Source: Lysobacterales bacterium
GTDB taxonomy: Bacteria > Pseudomonadota > Gammaproteobacteria > Xanthomonadales > SZUA-5
NCBI GenBank assembly: GCA_022844165.1
Contig: JALHMH010000010.1
Location: forward strand, 32,001-96,000
Direction: 5' to 3'
DNA length: 64,000 bases
The notes under the pieces were generated by a model. That model saw nothing but the letters and a program-made list of their open reading frames with translations, was not told where the DNA came from and did no database searches. The translations under genes were made by a program, and so were the position numbers. Below are positions 30,613 to 41,476 of this stretch, piece by piece; the first letter of the stretch is position 1, and the number at the start of each line of letters is the position of its first letter.

Positions 30613-31010
30613 TGCGCTACCTGCTCGATACCAACGCAGTCATCGCGCTGCTCAACGACCCAGGAGGGCTCGTAGCTTTGCGCTTACGTCAACTTCAGCC
30701 GGCAGACGTTGGCCTCTCGGTCATCGTCATGCACGAACTCTACTTCGGCGCGTTCAAAAGCCAACGGCGTGAGCGCAATCTCGCCATCGTCGATGGCCTG
30801 CGCCTGGAAGCGATTCCTTTCGATCAGGAAGATGCGCGTCACGCGGGCGAGATCAGGGCAGAGTTGGCTGCCCTCGGCACACCGATTGGTGCCTATGACG
30901 TACTGATTGCCGGGCAGGCACGTTCCAGGTCCCTGACGCTGGTCACGCATAACGTTGGTGAATTCCAGCGCGTCACTCAACTTGCCATCGAAGATTGGAA
31001 TGCACTGTAG
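30612..31010 (+). CDS. vapC: PIN-domain toxin VapC
   Basis: YLLDTN, ELYFG, PIGAYDVLIAGQA, LVTHNVGEF.RV, IEDW; TGATG overlap with vapB. Confidence 0.95.
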   Translation: MRYLLDTNAVIALLNDPGGLVALRLRQLQPADVGLSVIVMHELYFGAFKSQRRERNLAIVDGLRLEAIPFDQEDARHAGEIRAELAALGTPIGAYDVLIAGQARSRSLTLVTHNVGEFQRVTQLAIEDWNAL

Positions 31011-31224
31011 CGTCATCATCAGGTTGTAAGAGCGCGTGCATCGTGATCCATCGCACGAACCGCAATGGCGCGACCATCGAAGCTGCATCCCAGTCCGGCA
31101 ATTCAAAGTGTCTGGTCGCTATCTCTCGGTCGCGCCATGACGCGACGCTGTGGTGGCTCCCGGCAAAGTGCGAAACACGCGGTGCAAGCAGCAAAGGATT
31201 CTATGGCCATCCCAAAACGTAGCG

Positions 31225-32094
31225 ATGTCTAACCCAACCGAAAACCTGGGCGTCGAGAGCGAGTTCTTCGGCCATCGGCACGTGACACAAATCGATAGCC
31301 GGATGCGCACCCTGGCGACCGACTTACGCGAAGCGTGGGCGTACCGCGATCTCCTGGTCATGCTCATCCAGCGCGACATCACCGTGCGCTACAAGCAAAG
31401 CGTGGTTGGCATCGCCTGGGCGGTGATCCAGCCGCTGACGATGATGCTGATCTTCACCGTCATCTTCGGTGGTTTTGCCAAGTTGCCGTCCGACGGCGTG
31501 CCCTATCCGCTTTTCGCGATGGCTGCACTCATGCCGTGGCTGTACTTCTCGCGCGCGCTCACAGGCAGCGGCGATAGTCTGGTCGGTTCAGCGCATCTGG
31601 TCAGCAAGGTCTATTTCCCACGCATCATTTTGCCGATCGGCAAAGCCGTCTCCAGCCTCGTCGATTTTGCGATCACCTTAGTGCTTGCGGCAGTACTGCT
31701 CGCCTGGTACGGCATCAATCCAGGCTGGAAGGTGCTGACATTGCCGCTGTTCGTACTGATGGCGATGTTCACCGCGCTTGCGATCGGGTTCTGGCTGACG
31801 GCGCTGAATGTGCGCTACCGCGATGTCGGGCTGGTGACGCCCTTCATCATTCAGATCTGGATGTATATCTCGCCGATCGCCTATTCCATGTCGATTGTGC
31901 CGGAGGCCTGGCGCTGGCTGTATGCGCTGAATCCGATCGTCGGTATCGTCGAGGGATTCCGCTGGGCACTGTTTGGTCGGGCGCTGCCCGAACTCGAACC
32001 GATGTTGATTTCTTACGCGGTCGTAGCGTTGCTGTTTATCACGGGCCTGCGCTACTTCCGACGCGTCGAACAAACCATGGTCGACGTGGTATGA
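31225..32094 (+). CDS. wzm: polysaccharide ABC transporter permease
   Basis: RDITVRYKQSV.GIAW..IQP, KVYFPR, RYRDV, LNP..GIVEGFR. Confidence 0.93.
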   Translation: MSNPTENLGVESEFFGHRHVTQIDSRMRTLATDLREAWAYRDLLVMLIQRDITVRYKQSVVGIAWAVIQPLTMMLIFTVIFGGFAKLPSDGVPYPLFAMAALMPWLYFSRALTGSGDSLVGSAHLVSKVYFPRIILPIGKAVSSLVDFAITLVLAAVLLAWYGINPGWKVLTLPLFVLMAMFTALAIGFWLTALNVRYRDVGLVTPFIIQIWMYISPIAYSMSIVPEAWRWLYALNPIVGIVEGFRWALFGRALPELEPMLISYAVVALLFITGLRYFRRVEQTMVDVV

Positions 32095-33359
32095 GCGATC
32101 TGGCGATTCGCATCGAGAATCTAGGCAAACGCTACGTCTTGGGCGAAACCCACGAACAGACATTGAGCGCGCAGTTCGGCCGATGGCTGAAGGCACCATT
32201 CCGGCCTCGAACCGAGGCGCGTATCGCTCCAAGCGAGTTTTGGGCGCTCACGAATATCTCGCTGGATATTGCGAAAGGCGAGGCTCTGGGGATTGTCGGC
32301 GGCAACGGAGCGGGAAAATCGACATTGCTCAAGATCCTGTCGCGCATCACGCCGCCGACCAAGGGGCGAGCGCAAGTACACGGTCGATTGTCGAGCCTGC
32401 TCGAAGTCGGAACCGGTTTCCATCCGGAGCTGACGGGGCGCGAGAACGTCTTTCTGAACGGTACGATCCTCGGCATGCGCAAGGCCGAGGTCGCGCGCAA
32501 GTTCGACGAAATCGTCGCGTTTTCCGGCGTCGAGAAGTTCATCGACACGCCGGTCAAACGGTATTCCTCCGGCATGTATGTGCGGCTCGCGTTCGCGGTC
32601 GCAGCGCACCTTGAGCCGGACGTGTTGATCATCGACGAGGTGCTCGCCGTCGGCGATGCTGAGTTTCAGAAACGCTGCCTGGGCAAAATGAGCGACGTCG
32701 CGCAGCAAGGTCGAACTGTGATTTTCGTCAGCCATAACATGGCGGCCGTGCAAAAGCTCTGCTCGCGGGCTGTGTGGATGGACCATGGCGAGGTCCGGAC
32801 TTCAGGCAATCCGGCCGATGTCATCGGTGCATATCTGGAGTCCACCGCGCATCCGGCCGAATCCGGCGCTGTGAAACCTGGCTACGCGTATTGGCGCGCG
32901 GCGGTTCCGACGCGCACCGAGGTCACAGCAGTGCGCTATCTCGACGCGCAACACAGGCCGATCGGTCAATCCGCCACGGGGGACTCGCTCGCAGTTGAGA
33001 TCGAATACACGGCGGCGCAGCCGTACCGCAGTTTTTCGGTTGTGCTGCAAGTGGCAACACTCGATGGTGTTCCGTTGATACTGACCTCGACAACGCCCGA
33101 TCGCGATTTGGCCTTTGCCGCGGACGCGGGACGACATCGTATTCGTTGCGTATTCAATACGATTCCTCTGGCGGCCGGCGAGTACCTGTTGGGCGTCGGG
33201 TTGGCGATTCCGAACGTAGAGTATGTCTGGCGCGAAGACGGGCTTTGCAGATTGCACGTCGCCCTGCGTGATGTGTTCGGATCAGGTTTGCCTCCCACGT
33301 CGGCACGCTACTTGATAGCCACCAGCCACGATTGGCATGCGCCGACGCCAATGCAGTGA
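32091..33359 (+). CDS. wzt: polysaccharide ABC transporter ATPase with C-terminal carbohydrate-binding domain
   Basis: GGNGAGKS, LEVGTGFHPELTGREN, YSSGMYVRLAF, DEVLAVGD; about 170-aa C-terminal extension. Confidence 0.94.
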   Translation: MSDLAIRIENLGKRYVLGETHEQTLSAQFGRWLKAPFRPRTEARIAPSEFWALTNISLDIAKGEALGIVGGNGAGKSTLLKILSRITPPTKGRAQVHGRLSSLLEVGTGFHPELTGRENVFLNGTILGMRKAEVARKFDEIVAFSGVEKFIDTPVKRYSSGMYVRLAFAVAAHLEPDVLIIDEVLAVGDAEFQKRCLGKMSDVAQQGRTVIFVSHNMAAVQKLCSRAVWMDHGEVRTSGNPADVIGAYLESTAHPAESGAVKPGYAYWRAAVPTRTEVTAVRYLDAQHRPIGQSATGDSLAVEIEYTAAQPYRSFSVVLQVATLDGVPLILTSTTPDRDLAFAADAGRHRIRCVFNTIPLAAGEYLLGVGLAIPNVEYVWREDGLCRLHVALRDVFGSGLPPTSARYLIATSHDWHAPTPMQ

Positions 33360-33474
33360 TCGCCTTGACGCGAAGCCGAAACGCGCTAACGCGCAAGTTC
33401 GGGCCAGGACAGCTTGGCGCCGAGGGATCGAGCGGCGGCGGCAACATGCTATTTGCGCAAAATGTCGGCCTGCG

Positions 33475-34371
33475 ATGGCCGCTGTAACCTGTCGTCACTG
33501 CGGGAGCGATCAGCTCGAACGCGTCGACGCTGGCTGGTTGCAAGACGCGACCTTACTTCGCTGCATGCGATGCGATCTGACGCAGCGCCTGCCGATTCCG
33601 GACGACGCTGCGCTCGCCGCCCTTTATGCGGAGACACCGTCCGAGGCGATGGCCTATGTTTTTGCCGATCACCCAGCGTGGACGACCGCGCTCGACGTGA
33701 TGCGTTCGCGCTTGGGCGGCGGCTCGATCCAGGTGCTCGATATTGGCTGTCACACTGGCGAGTTTCTGGCGGCCCTTCCGGCGGGTTGGCGGCGCTTTGG
33801 CATCGAAAGCGCTTCGGCGCCGATCGCGATTGCACAAGCCAAGGGTACGAACATCATTGCCGACCGATTGCAAACGGTGAGCACCGAATGGTTCGGTCGA
33901 TTCGATGCCGTGACCGCGTTCGACGTGCTCGAACATTTGCCAGATCCGGCGTTGGCGATTGCCAGTGCGGCGCGCCTGTTGAAACCCGGCGGCCTGTTCT
34001 TGCTAAGCACCGCCGACATCGATTGTTGGACGTTTCGCGCTCTGCGCGGGGCGCATTGGTATTGGCAGACTCCGCAGCACATCAGCGCCGTTTCGCGGCG
34101 GTTCCTGGCACAAGTGGCCGAGGAGCAGGGATTGGTGGTTTCGCAGATCCACGCGATCGCACACCGCAGCGCCTCGGCCGCGGTGCGTTTGCGCGAATCG
34201 CTGCAAGTTTCGTATTGGTTTTGCCGCTTGCGTGGTGGCGCCTGGCGCGCACCGCAGCGTTTGCTGCATTGGGTTCCGGCGCTGCAAACGATGCGCCACT
34301 CGCAAATGCCACCTTGGGCGATGACGCTCAAAGATCACTGCATCGCCGTGATGGAATCGGGCGCACGATGA
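33475..34371 (+). CDS. class I SAM-dependent methyltransferase with N-terminal Cys motifs
   Basis: CRHCG...CMRC, VLDIGCHTGEF, FDVLEHLPDP, LKPGG. Confidence 0.88.
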   Translation: MAAVTCRHCGSDQLERVDAGWLQDATLLRCMRCDLTQRLPIPDDAALAALYAETPSEAMAYVFADHPAWTTALDVMRSRLGGGSIQVLDIGCHTGEFLAALPAGWRRFGIESASAPIAIAQAKGTNIIADRLQTVSTEWFGRFDAVTAFDVLEHLPDPALAIASAARLLKPGGLFLLSTADIDCWTFRALRGAHWYWQTPQHISAVSRRFLAQVAEEQGLVVSQIHAIAHRSASAAVRLRESLQVSYWFCRLRGGAWRAPQRLLHWVPALQTMRHSQMPPWAMTLKDHCIAVMESGAR

Positions 34372-35129
34372 GAGAAGTCTTACGCTCGCTGTTAAATGCA
34401 CTTGGACTGGACATCCGCCTGACGCGTAACTTGCGCGCTGCTGCGCTTGCAGCGCGCAAAGACCAGGAGTTCCACGCCTGGTCGCTGTTGCAACACCGCC
34501 GGTTTGTCAGCGTGCTCGACATCGGCGCCAATGAGGGCCAGTTCGCTACCCTCGCGCGTCGTTTATGGCCGCAAGCGCAGATCCACTCCTTTGAACCATT
34601 GCCTAAGGTCCACGCGGTTTTGCAACAAACGCTCAACGGCCTCGGGAATGCGCACGCGCACGCGCTGGCCTTGAGCCATCGCGCCGGGAAAACGGTGATG
34701 CACGCGAGCGCGTTTTCGCCGAGCTCGTCGCTCTTGCCGATGGCCGATTTACACCGCAGCGAATGGCCACAATCGGTCGAGCAAACGGCGGTCGAAGTCA
34801 CGATGGCACGGCTCGACGACTGGGCCCGTGCTCAGCAGATTGCCGCGGGCCCACAGCTGATCAAGATCGATGTGCAAGGTCATGAGAAAGCGGTGATTGA
34901 CGGTGGCCAGCAAACGCTGCGCTGCGCCGATGTGGTGGCGCTGGAAGTGTCGTTCTACGTGTTGTACGAAAAACAACCGCTGTTTGCCGAAATCTTCCGT
35001 GCGATGAGCGAGCTCGGTTTCGTTTATCGCGGAAACATAGAGCAGTTCCGCAGTAAGGATGGGCGTCGTGTCCTATATGCAGATGCAGTATTCGAAAACC
35101 TGGAGCGTGTGAGTGCGGACGAGCGATAA
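34368..35129 (+). CDS. FkbM-family methyltransferase
   Basis: [23 protein letters not shown]; ATGA overlap. Confidence 0.9.
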   Translation: MREVLRSLLNALGLDIRLTRNLRAAALAARKDQEFHAWSLLQHRRFVSVLDIGANEGQFATLARRLWPQAQIHSFEPLPKVHAVLQQTLNGLGNAHAHALALSHRAGKTVMHASAFSPSSSLLPMADLHRSEWPQSVEQTAVEVTMARLDDWARAQQIAAGPQLIKIDVQGHEKAVIDGGQQTLRCADVVALEVSFYVLYEKQPLFAEIFRAMSELGFVYRGNIEQFRSKDGRRVLYADAVFENLERVSADER

Positions 35130-36183
35130 GAAATTGTTGGTCACGGGTTCGGCCGGATTGATCGGCTCGGAAGCTGTCCACCATTTCTCCAGGCTTGGTT
35201 GGGATATTCGCGGTATCGACAACAACATGCGCGCAGATTTTTTCGGTGCAGATGGCGATACCCGTTGGAATCTGGAGCGGTTGTGTCGTCGTTGGCCCGC
35301 GTACCGTCATTTCGATCTCGATATCCGCGATCGCCACGCCGTGCTGGCGTTCTTGGACGAACACCCGGCGGATCTGATCGTCCACGCTGCTGCGCAACCC
35401 TCGCACGATCTCGCGGCAAAGCGACCGTTCGACGATTTCGATGTCAACGCCGTTGGCACGTTGAATCTGTTGGAGGCCACCCGCCGGTCGTGCCCGGAAG
35501 CGACGTTTTGTTATCTGAGCACCAACAAAGTGTACGGCGATGCGCCGAATGAGCTGCCGCTGATCGAGCTGCCGACGCGCTGGGACTACGCACGCGCCGA
35601 AGACCAGCACGGCATTGGCGAAACGATGCGCGTCGACCAGTCCAAACACAGCCTGTTCGGCGCCAGCAAACTTGCGGCAGATGTGATGGTCCAGGAGTTC
35701 GGTCGCTACTTCGGCATGAAGACTGTTTGCTTACGCGGCGGGTGTTTGACCGGTTCGGCCCACAGCGGTGCTGAGCTGCACGGTTTTCTGGCCTATCTGG
35801 CGCGCTGCGTCGTTGAGGGGCGTCCATATCGTGTGTTTGGATATCTGGGAAAACAGGTGCGCGACAACATTGATGCCAGCGACGTTTGCGCATTCATCGA
35901 AGCGTTCCATGCGGCGCCGCGAGTTGGCGAGGTGTACAACATCGGCGGCGGTCGCGGTAACAGCATTTCAATGCTCGAAGCCATTGCCAAGCTCGAGGCG
36001 ATCGCCGAGCGCAAGTTGTCCTGGACCTACATTGATGAGCCACGTTCGGGCGATCACATTTGCTACATCTCGGATTTGCGCAAGCTGCAAGCGCACTATC
36101 CCGAATGGTGCGTCGCAGTGAATCTGGACGACATCCTGAGCAGCATCGTGCGGGTTTTGATCGAGGAACGCCGTGCGGCCTGA
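35113..36183 (+). CDS. NAD-dependent epimerase, CDP-paratose 2-epimerase (RfbE)-like
   Basis: [47 protein letters not shown]. Confidence 0.85.
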   Translation: MRTSDKKLLVTGSAGLIGSEAVHHFSRLGWDIRGIDNNMRADFFGADGDTRWNLERLCRRWPAYRHFDLDIRDRHAVLAFLDEHPADLIVHAAAQPSHDLAAKRPFDDFDVNAVGTLNLLEATRRSCPEATFCYLSTNKVYGDAPNELPLIELPTRWDYARAEDQHGIGETMRVDQSKHSLFGASKLAADVMVQEFGRYFGMKTVCLRGGCLTGSAHSGAELHGFLAYLARCVVEGRPYRVFGYLGKQVRDNIDASDVCAFIEAFHAAPRVGEVYNIGGGRGNSISMLEAIAKLEAIAERKLSWTYIDEPRSGDHICYISDLRKLQAHYPEWCVAVNLDDILSSIVRVLIEERRAA

Positions 36184-37414
36184 GGCATTGCCCAACGTCA
36201 TCGACGAATCTGCCGAGTTCGCGGCAATGCGGACGCTACCGAATACCTTGCTGGTGACCTGCACGCCGCCGGGCCAGAACGGCGTCGGTGCCATCATTCT
36301 CGACGATCTGATTCGTTTGTTTCCAAGCGATCGACTGACGGTCGCCGTGGTCGACAATTCGGCGACAGCGGCGACGGACGTCCGTCACGGGATTCGCGTC
36401 GAGCACTTCGGCCGGCGCTATCGCCTGTCGGGCGGCGCCAGGTTCGGCCGAGTGGGTCGGGCGCTCGCGACGCCGATTGTTTCGAGTCTCCAGAGGGCGG
36501 CAACCAGCGCAAATCTTGTCGCTTTACGATCACTCCTGGCACAGGGGCAATTCGATCGCATTTGGTTGGTACTCAGCAGTCCTTGGATCATCGATCTTGC
36601 CGCAGAGTTGATGGATGAAGGTGTTCCAGTGGTCGCATTGGTGTGGGACGACGTTGAGCACAATCTCAACTATTTCGGCGCCAGCTCCGGTACCCGGCGT
36701 CGGCTTCGGGCTGGATTCGACGCCGTGATGAAGCGCGCGCACCGGATCGCGGTGATCGGCGAATCGATGCGCGACGAATACCGAGCACGCTATGGCCGAG
36801 ATAGTGTCATCGTTCGCCACGGGTTGGCCCCTGCGTTGCCGATTTCGTACGCCGGCAGTGGCGATCTGGTGCGGATTGGTTTTGCTGGCAGCGTGACGGC
36901 GCGCAGCGCATTCGACCTGCTGCTTTCGACGCTCGATGACATGCATTGGCGAGTTGCCGCGCGTGACATCGAACTCTGCGTGATGGGCGGCCGATTCGAT
37001 CTTTGGTCGCGCGTGCCACGGCGAATTCTCTGCCTGGGCTGGCGCGACGTAGCGGACACCGTGGCAGAGCTGTCGCGCTGCACCTTCAACTACTTACCGC
37101 AACCCTTCGAGAGCGACTGGACAAACTTCGCATCGCTTTCGTTTCCATCGAAGACCACAACGTATCTGGCGGCTGGCGCACCGCTGCTGATTCACGCGCC
37201 GCCACATGCGTCGCTGCCGCGGTTCGTTGCGGATCATCCAATTGCGCACACGGTTGATCGTTTGGACGCGACGTTGCTGCGCGGTGCAATCGAAGATTTG
37301 GCAACCGATGCGAATCTCAGGGCGCGATTGTGCGAAGCCGGGCGCATCGCGCTTGAGCAGGTTTTTTCTCCCGATACCTTCCGGCGTTCGTTTCTGGAGT
37401 TTATCGACGCCTGA
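36173..37414 (+). CDS. putative GT-B (GT4-like) glycosyltransferase
   Basis: IGFAGS and SFPSK.TTYLAAG.P C-terminal GT-B pattern; cluster context. Confidence 0.7.
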   Translation: MRPEALPNVIDESAEFAAMRTLPNTLLVTCTPPGQNGVGAIILDDLIRLFPSDRLTVAVVDNSATAATDVRHGIRVEHFGRRYRLSGGARFGRVGRALATPIVSSLQRAATSANLVALRSLLAQGQFDRIWLVLSSPWIIDLAAELMDEGVPVVALVWDDVEHNLNYFGASSGTRRRLRAGFDAVMKRAHRIAVIGESMRDEYRARYGRDSVIVRHGLAPALPISYAGSGDLVRIGFAGSVTARSAFDLLLSTLDDMHWRVAARDIELCVMGGRFDLWSRVPRRILCLGWRDVADTVAELSRCTFNYLPQPFESDWTNFASLSFPSKTTTYLAAGAPLLIHAPPHASLPRFVADHPIAHTVDRLDATLLRGAIEDLATDANLRARLCEAGRIALEQVFSPDTFRRSFLEFIDA

Positions 37415-39264
37415 TGTGTGGCATTTCCGGGCAGCTTTGGTTCGGCGGCCGCGTGGCCGATCGCGAACTTGCGTCCGCCATGAACGCCAGACTCGAGCAC
37501 CGCGGTCCGGATGGCGGTGCAATCCATGTGTCTGGACCGATAGCGCTCGGTCACCGTCGCTTGGCGATCATCGATCCCAAATCGGGGCAGCAGCCGCTGT
37601 ACAACGAAGATCGCAAGGTGGTCGCCATTGTCAATGGCGAGATCTACAACTACCGTGAGTTGCGTCGGCAACTGACCGATCTGGGCCACAGATTTGAGAC
37701 TGCCGGCGACTGCGAAACGATCGTGCATGGCTATGAGCAGTGGGGCGCGGCAGTCGTTGAGCGATTGCGCGGCATGTTCGCCTTCGCCCTGTGGGACGAG
37801 CGTGCGAATCGGCTGCTGCTGGCGCGAGATCGCTTAGGGATCAAGCCGCTGTGTTACACGGTCAACAATCAGCGCCTGTTGTTTGCGTCGGAACTGCAGG
37901 CGTTGACCGTTGCGACGGATTTCGACCGCACCGTTGATCTTGATGCGCTGGATGCCTATCTGCATCTGCAATACATTCCTGCGCCAAAGACGATTTACGC
38001 GAACACCCGTAAGCTCGAGCCGGGTCATCTGCTGGAGGCTGACGCGAGCGGACGGATATCGCCGGTGCGCCGCTGGTGGACGTTGCGCTGGCAACCAGAC
38101 CGGCACCGATCCGACGCCGAGTGGGCCGAAGCCACCGATGCTGCATTGAAAGATGCGGTGCGTTCACACCTGGTGGCAGACGTCTCTTTCGGCGCTTTTT
38201 TGTCCGGCGGTGTTGATTCAAGTACGGTCGTGGCGTACGCGGCAGAAGCGCTGGCTACGCCTTTGACGACATTCACGATCGGCTTCGACGTTCCATCGTT
38301 GGACGAACGCGCCGAGGCACGGCGCTTTGCCGAGGTCGCTCAGACTCGTCATCAGGAACAGCTGGTTGGCGTCGACGCCCTGGCGCTATTGCCGTCCATC
38401 GCACGACATTATGGCGAACCGTTCGCCGACAGCTCAGCGGTGTGCACCTGGCGCGTCTGCGAGCAAGCGCGGCGCGAAATGCCTATGGTGCTTTCTGGCG
38501 ACGGCGGCGACGAAGTGTTTGCCGGTTACGACTATTTCCCGAAGCTCGTAGAAACCTATCCGGAACGCGCCGGACTGCTTGCGGTGAAGCGACGGATCGG
38601 TAATCTGCTGCGCGCGGTGGGCGCCATCACAGCCGCCCCTACATTGAGCGATGCCTGGTACGGGCGTTCTCCATTTTTCGGCGATCCGGCGCGGCGTCTG
38701 TTGTGGCGCACGGAGCATCGCACGCGCACCGAGGCAACACGTGTGTGGAACGCCACGCAGTTCTCATCGAATGTTGGGCTCGATACCCTGGCGCGCGCCC
38801 AGGATGTCGATCTCAAGACCTATTTGCCGAACAACAATCTGGCGAAGGTCGATATCGCCAGCATGGCCAACGGGCTAGAGGTGCGAGTCCCGCTGCTTGA
38901 TCATTTGCTCGTCGAGACCATCGCGTCAATGCCTGCGTCGCAACGTCTGCGCAAGACCGAGAACGGCTGGTGCACAAAGTTCGCGCTGAAGACTGCCGCG
39001 AACCGCTTCTACCCATGGGATTGGCTCAACACCAACAAACGCGGATTCTCGGTTCCCGTCGGTCACTGGATGAGCGCTATGGGCGGCGAGTTGCGGTCGC
39101 GATTGAGCGATTCTCGTGGCCCGGTGCATCAGTTGTTCGAGCCCAATGTGGTGAATCAGTTACTCAATGAGCATGCCGCTGGACAAGATCATGGTCATCG
39201 TCTCTGGAGCCTGCTGGTGCTCGACGAATGGCATCGTCAGTTTGGAAGTGGTTCGCAAGCATGA
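37414..39264 (+). CDS. asnB: asparagine synthetase-like glutamine amidotransferase 1
   Basis: MCGI N-terminal Cys, HRGPD, NGEIYN, FLSGGVDSS, SGDGGDE, LEVRVPLLD. Confidence 0.92.
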   Translation: MCGISGQLWFGGRVADRELASAMNARLEHRGPDGGAIHVSGPIALGHRRLAIIDPKSGQQPLYNEDRKVVAIVNGEIYNYRELRRQLTDLGHRFETAGDCETIVHGYEQWGAAVVERLRGMFAFALWDERANRLLLARDRLGIKPLCYTVNNQRLLFASELQALTVATDFDRTVDLDALDAYLHLQYIPAPKTIYANTRKLEPGHLLEADASGRISPVRRWWTLRWQPDRHRSDAEWAEATDAALKDAVRSHLVADVSFGAFLSGGVDSSTVVAYAAEALATPLTTFTIGFDVPSLDERAEARRFAEVAQTRHQEQLVGVDALALLPSIARHYGEPFADSSAVCTWRVCEQARREMPMVLSGDGGDEVFAGYDYFPKLVETYPERAGLLAVKRRIGNLLRAVGAITAAPTLSDAWYGRSPFFGDPARRLLWRTEHRTRTEATRVWNATQFSSNVGLDTLARAQDVDLKTYLPNNNLAKVDIASMANGLEVRVPLLDHLLVETIASMPASQRLRKTENGWCTKFALKTAANRFYPWDWLNTNKRGFSVPVGHWMSAMGGELRSRLSDSRGPVHQLFEPNVVNQLLNEHAAGQDHGHRLWSLLVLDEWHRQFGSGSQA

Positions 39265-40514
39265 GGATTGCCCACGTGCACGCCTCCGATTTGGGCGGTG
39301 GCGCGGAGCGCAGTGTTGTTTCGCTGCACCATGCGCTACGGGCGTTGGGCCATACCTCAACGGTATTTGTCGGCGAGCGGCGCACTGACGAAAAGGGCGT
39401 GGTCGAGATCCCCTACGTGCGTGGTGTGCCGGGACTACGTCGACTGGCGCGAAGCCTCGAGCGGTGGGGTGGCTGGCAGGATATTTACAACCCAAGTTTT
39501 CGCGGCCTGGCAGCGCAGTTGGGTGAATACGATGTCATCCACTTCCATTCGTTGTGGGGGTCGCAGGGTTACGCCGATCTGGCGGCGCTGCCAGCGATGA
39601 CCGCGCGCGTACCGGGCGTACTCACGCTGCGGGACGAGTGGATGCTCACCGGACATTGCGCCTATTCGTTTCAGTGCCGGCGCTGGCAAATCGGATGCGG
39701 CCGATGTCCGGACCTGTCGATACCACCGGCCGTGAGGCGAGATGGAACCGCGTTCAACTGGCGCCGGAAGAAGCGCTTGATCGGGCGGTCGCGCGTGCAC
39801 GTGGTAGCCATTTCCGACCATATGAAGCGCTTGGCCGAAGCCAGCCCAATACTCTCGCAGCATCCAATCTCGCGTATCTACAACGGCATCAATGTCGATT
39901 GCTTTCGGCCGCTGGGTGATCCGCAGCGTAACCGCGAGCGGTCGGTGCTCGGTTACAGCGAATCCGACTTCGTCGTCATCATTGCCGGGCAGACAGTCGA
40001 AGGCATTCGTCAGCGCATTGCCAGCCATCATGCGATCGCCGCACTCGATGCGTTCGCATCGTCCTGTGCGTCGTTGCGCGTTCTGGTCGTCGGCCATTCG
40101 GCTGAGCGGGTTGCGGCGGCAATTGCGGCCCCATGCCAACGCCTGCCGTTCCAAGACGACCCGGCGACCATGGCGCGATTGTTCGCGGCGGCGGATGTTT
40201 GTCTGGTGACGAGCGAAGTCGAAGCCTTCGGTCGAATCGGTGCTGAAGCGCAAGCCTGCGGCACGCCAGTGGTAGCGTTGGCCGTCGGCGGAATTCCTGA
40301 AGTCGTTGTCGACGGCGTCGGCGGATTCGCCGTGCCACCATCCAGCCCCAGTGGCTTGACAGAAGCTCTGCTGAAATTGACCGACGCAGATTTGCGGCGT
40401 CGGCTCGCGGCCGATGGGCGTGCGCACGTCGAGAAGAATTTCGATCAGCGGCAGGTTGCCGTTGCCTATCTCAGTTTGTACCAACGGGTTGCAGAGCGTG
40501 ACACGCAGCATTGA
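39261..40514 (+). CDS. GT4 glycosyltransferase (WcaC-like)
   Basis: GGGAE, TL.D.W.LTGHC...C..W..GC..CP, EAFG...AEAQACGTPVV. Confidence 0.88.
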   Translation: MRIAHVHASDLGGGAERSVVSLHHALRALGHTSTVFVGERRTDEKGVVEIPYVRGVPGLRRLARSLERWGGWQDIYNPSFRGLAAQLGEYDVIHFHSLWGSQGYADLAALPAMTARVPGVLTLRDEWMLTGHCAYSFQCRRWQIGCGRCPDLSIPPAVRRDGTAFNWRRKKRLIGRSRVHVVAISDHMKRLAEASPILSQHPISRIYNGINVDCFRPLGDPQRNRERSVLGYSESDFVVIIAGQTVEGIRQRIASHHAIAALDAFASSCASLRVLVVGHSAERVAAAIAAPCQRLPFQDDPATMARLFAAADVCLVTSEVEAFGRIGAEAQACGTPVVALAVGGIPEVVVDGVGGFAVPPSSPSGLTEALLKLTDADLRRRLAADGRAHVEKNFDQRQVAVAYLSLYQRVAERDTQH

Positions 40515-41439
40515 CGTCGTAATTCCGGCGTTCAACGCCGAGCGCTATCTCGAACGCGCGATCGAGTCGGTGCTGGCACTTGGCCGCGATGCCTTGCGGG
40601 TGCTGATCGTCGACGACGGATCCTCCGATCAGACGTCAAGAATCGCACAGCGCTTTGCGGACCGCTGGCCAGCACAATGTCGACTGCTTCGCTGCAGCGA
40701 GAATCGTGGTGTCAGCGCCGCCAGGAACATTGGAATCCAGGCGGCTACGGCCCAGTTCATTGCATTTCTCGACGCCGACGACGTGTATTTGCCGAACCGC
40801 TTTGCCAGCTTCGATGCGCTTGATGATGAGGCATTGCAGCGCATCGACGGCATCTACCAAAGTGCGCGCATTGTGCCGGAGGGTGAAAGAGACCTGGATG
40901 GTGGCACGGGCGACGGAACGACGTTCGGTATCGTGCGCCCGTTGTTCGGTCCAGCGCTGCTGGCGGAGTTGCTGACGGGCTATTGCTGGGCCACCAGCGC
41001 GATTGTGATACGGCGTTCCGTGTTCGCACAATGCGGTGTTTTCGACCCCGCCAGGAAGATCGCCGAGGATTGCCATTTGTGGTTTCGCCTGGCCACCTTC
41101 GCAGCGCTTCGCGCCGGAGCGATGGACGAGCCAGTGAGCGTGTATTGGCGACACGCTGAAAACACCTTTGTGCCGCGCATTGAGCACCGTTTGCCGATGC
41201 TGGATGCGATGCTGGATGCATGGCGATATGCGGCAACGAACCGGGCACCGGTGGCGATGCTCCGCACTTACGCCGAAGCTGTGCCGCGTTATGCGCTACG
41301 CAGTGTGATTGCCGCCCGCGAAGCGAATGCGCCAGTTGTCGCAAGACAGTTACTGATGCGGTTGGCCAGATCCAGGCCGCGTACCGCGATCGGCGCGGAG
41401 TTTCTCAGGCAAGCCTGGGCTTTGGCGCGCGCCGCGTGA
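40498..41439 (+). CDS. GT2 glycosyltransferase
   Basis: VVIPAFN, VDDGSSD, GVSAARN, FLDADD, AED. Confidence 0.9.
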   Translation: MTRSIDVVIPAFNAERYLERAIESVLALGRDALRVLIVDDGSSDQTSRIAQRFADRWPAQCRLLRCSENRGVSAARNIGIQAATAQFIAFLDADDVYLPNRFASFDALDDEALQRIDGIYQSARIVPEGERDLDGGTGDGTTFGIVRPLFGPALLAELLTGYCWATSAIVIRRSVFAQCGVFDPARKIAEDCHLWFRLATFAALRAGAMDEPVSVYWRHAENTFVPRIEHRLPMLDAMLDAWRYAATNRAPVAMLRTYAEAVPRYALRSVIAAREANAPVVARQLLMRLARSRPRTAIGAEFLRQAWALARAA

Positions 41440-41476
41440 GGGCAAATCCCGTCGCGAACAGTGACGCCAAGTCATC

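Noticed and set aside
30066-31008. TGCACTGT direct repeat flanking vapBC as a target-site duplication
   Set aside because: An 8-mer match is plausible by chance, and the second copy lies inside the vapC coding end
33436-33448. Second ops-like site GGCGGCAACATG after wzt
   Set aside because: Two mismatches to consensus and no JUMPstart hairpin, in GC-rich DNA
33414-34367. Long N-terminal extensions of track ORFs (33414, also 51970, 46042, 55724)
   Set aside because: They overlap real upstream genes in another frame; stop-start overlaps give better starts
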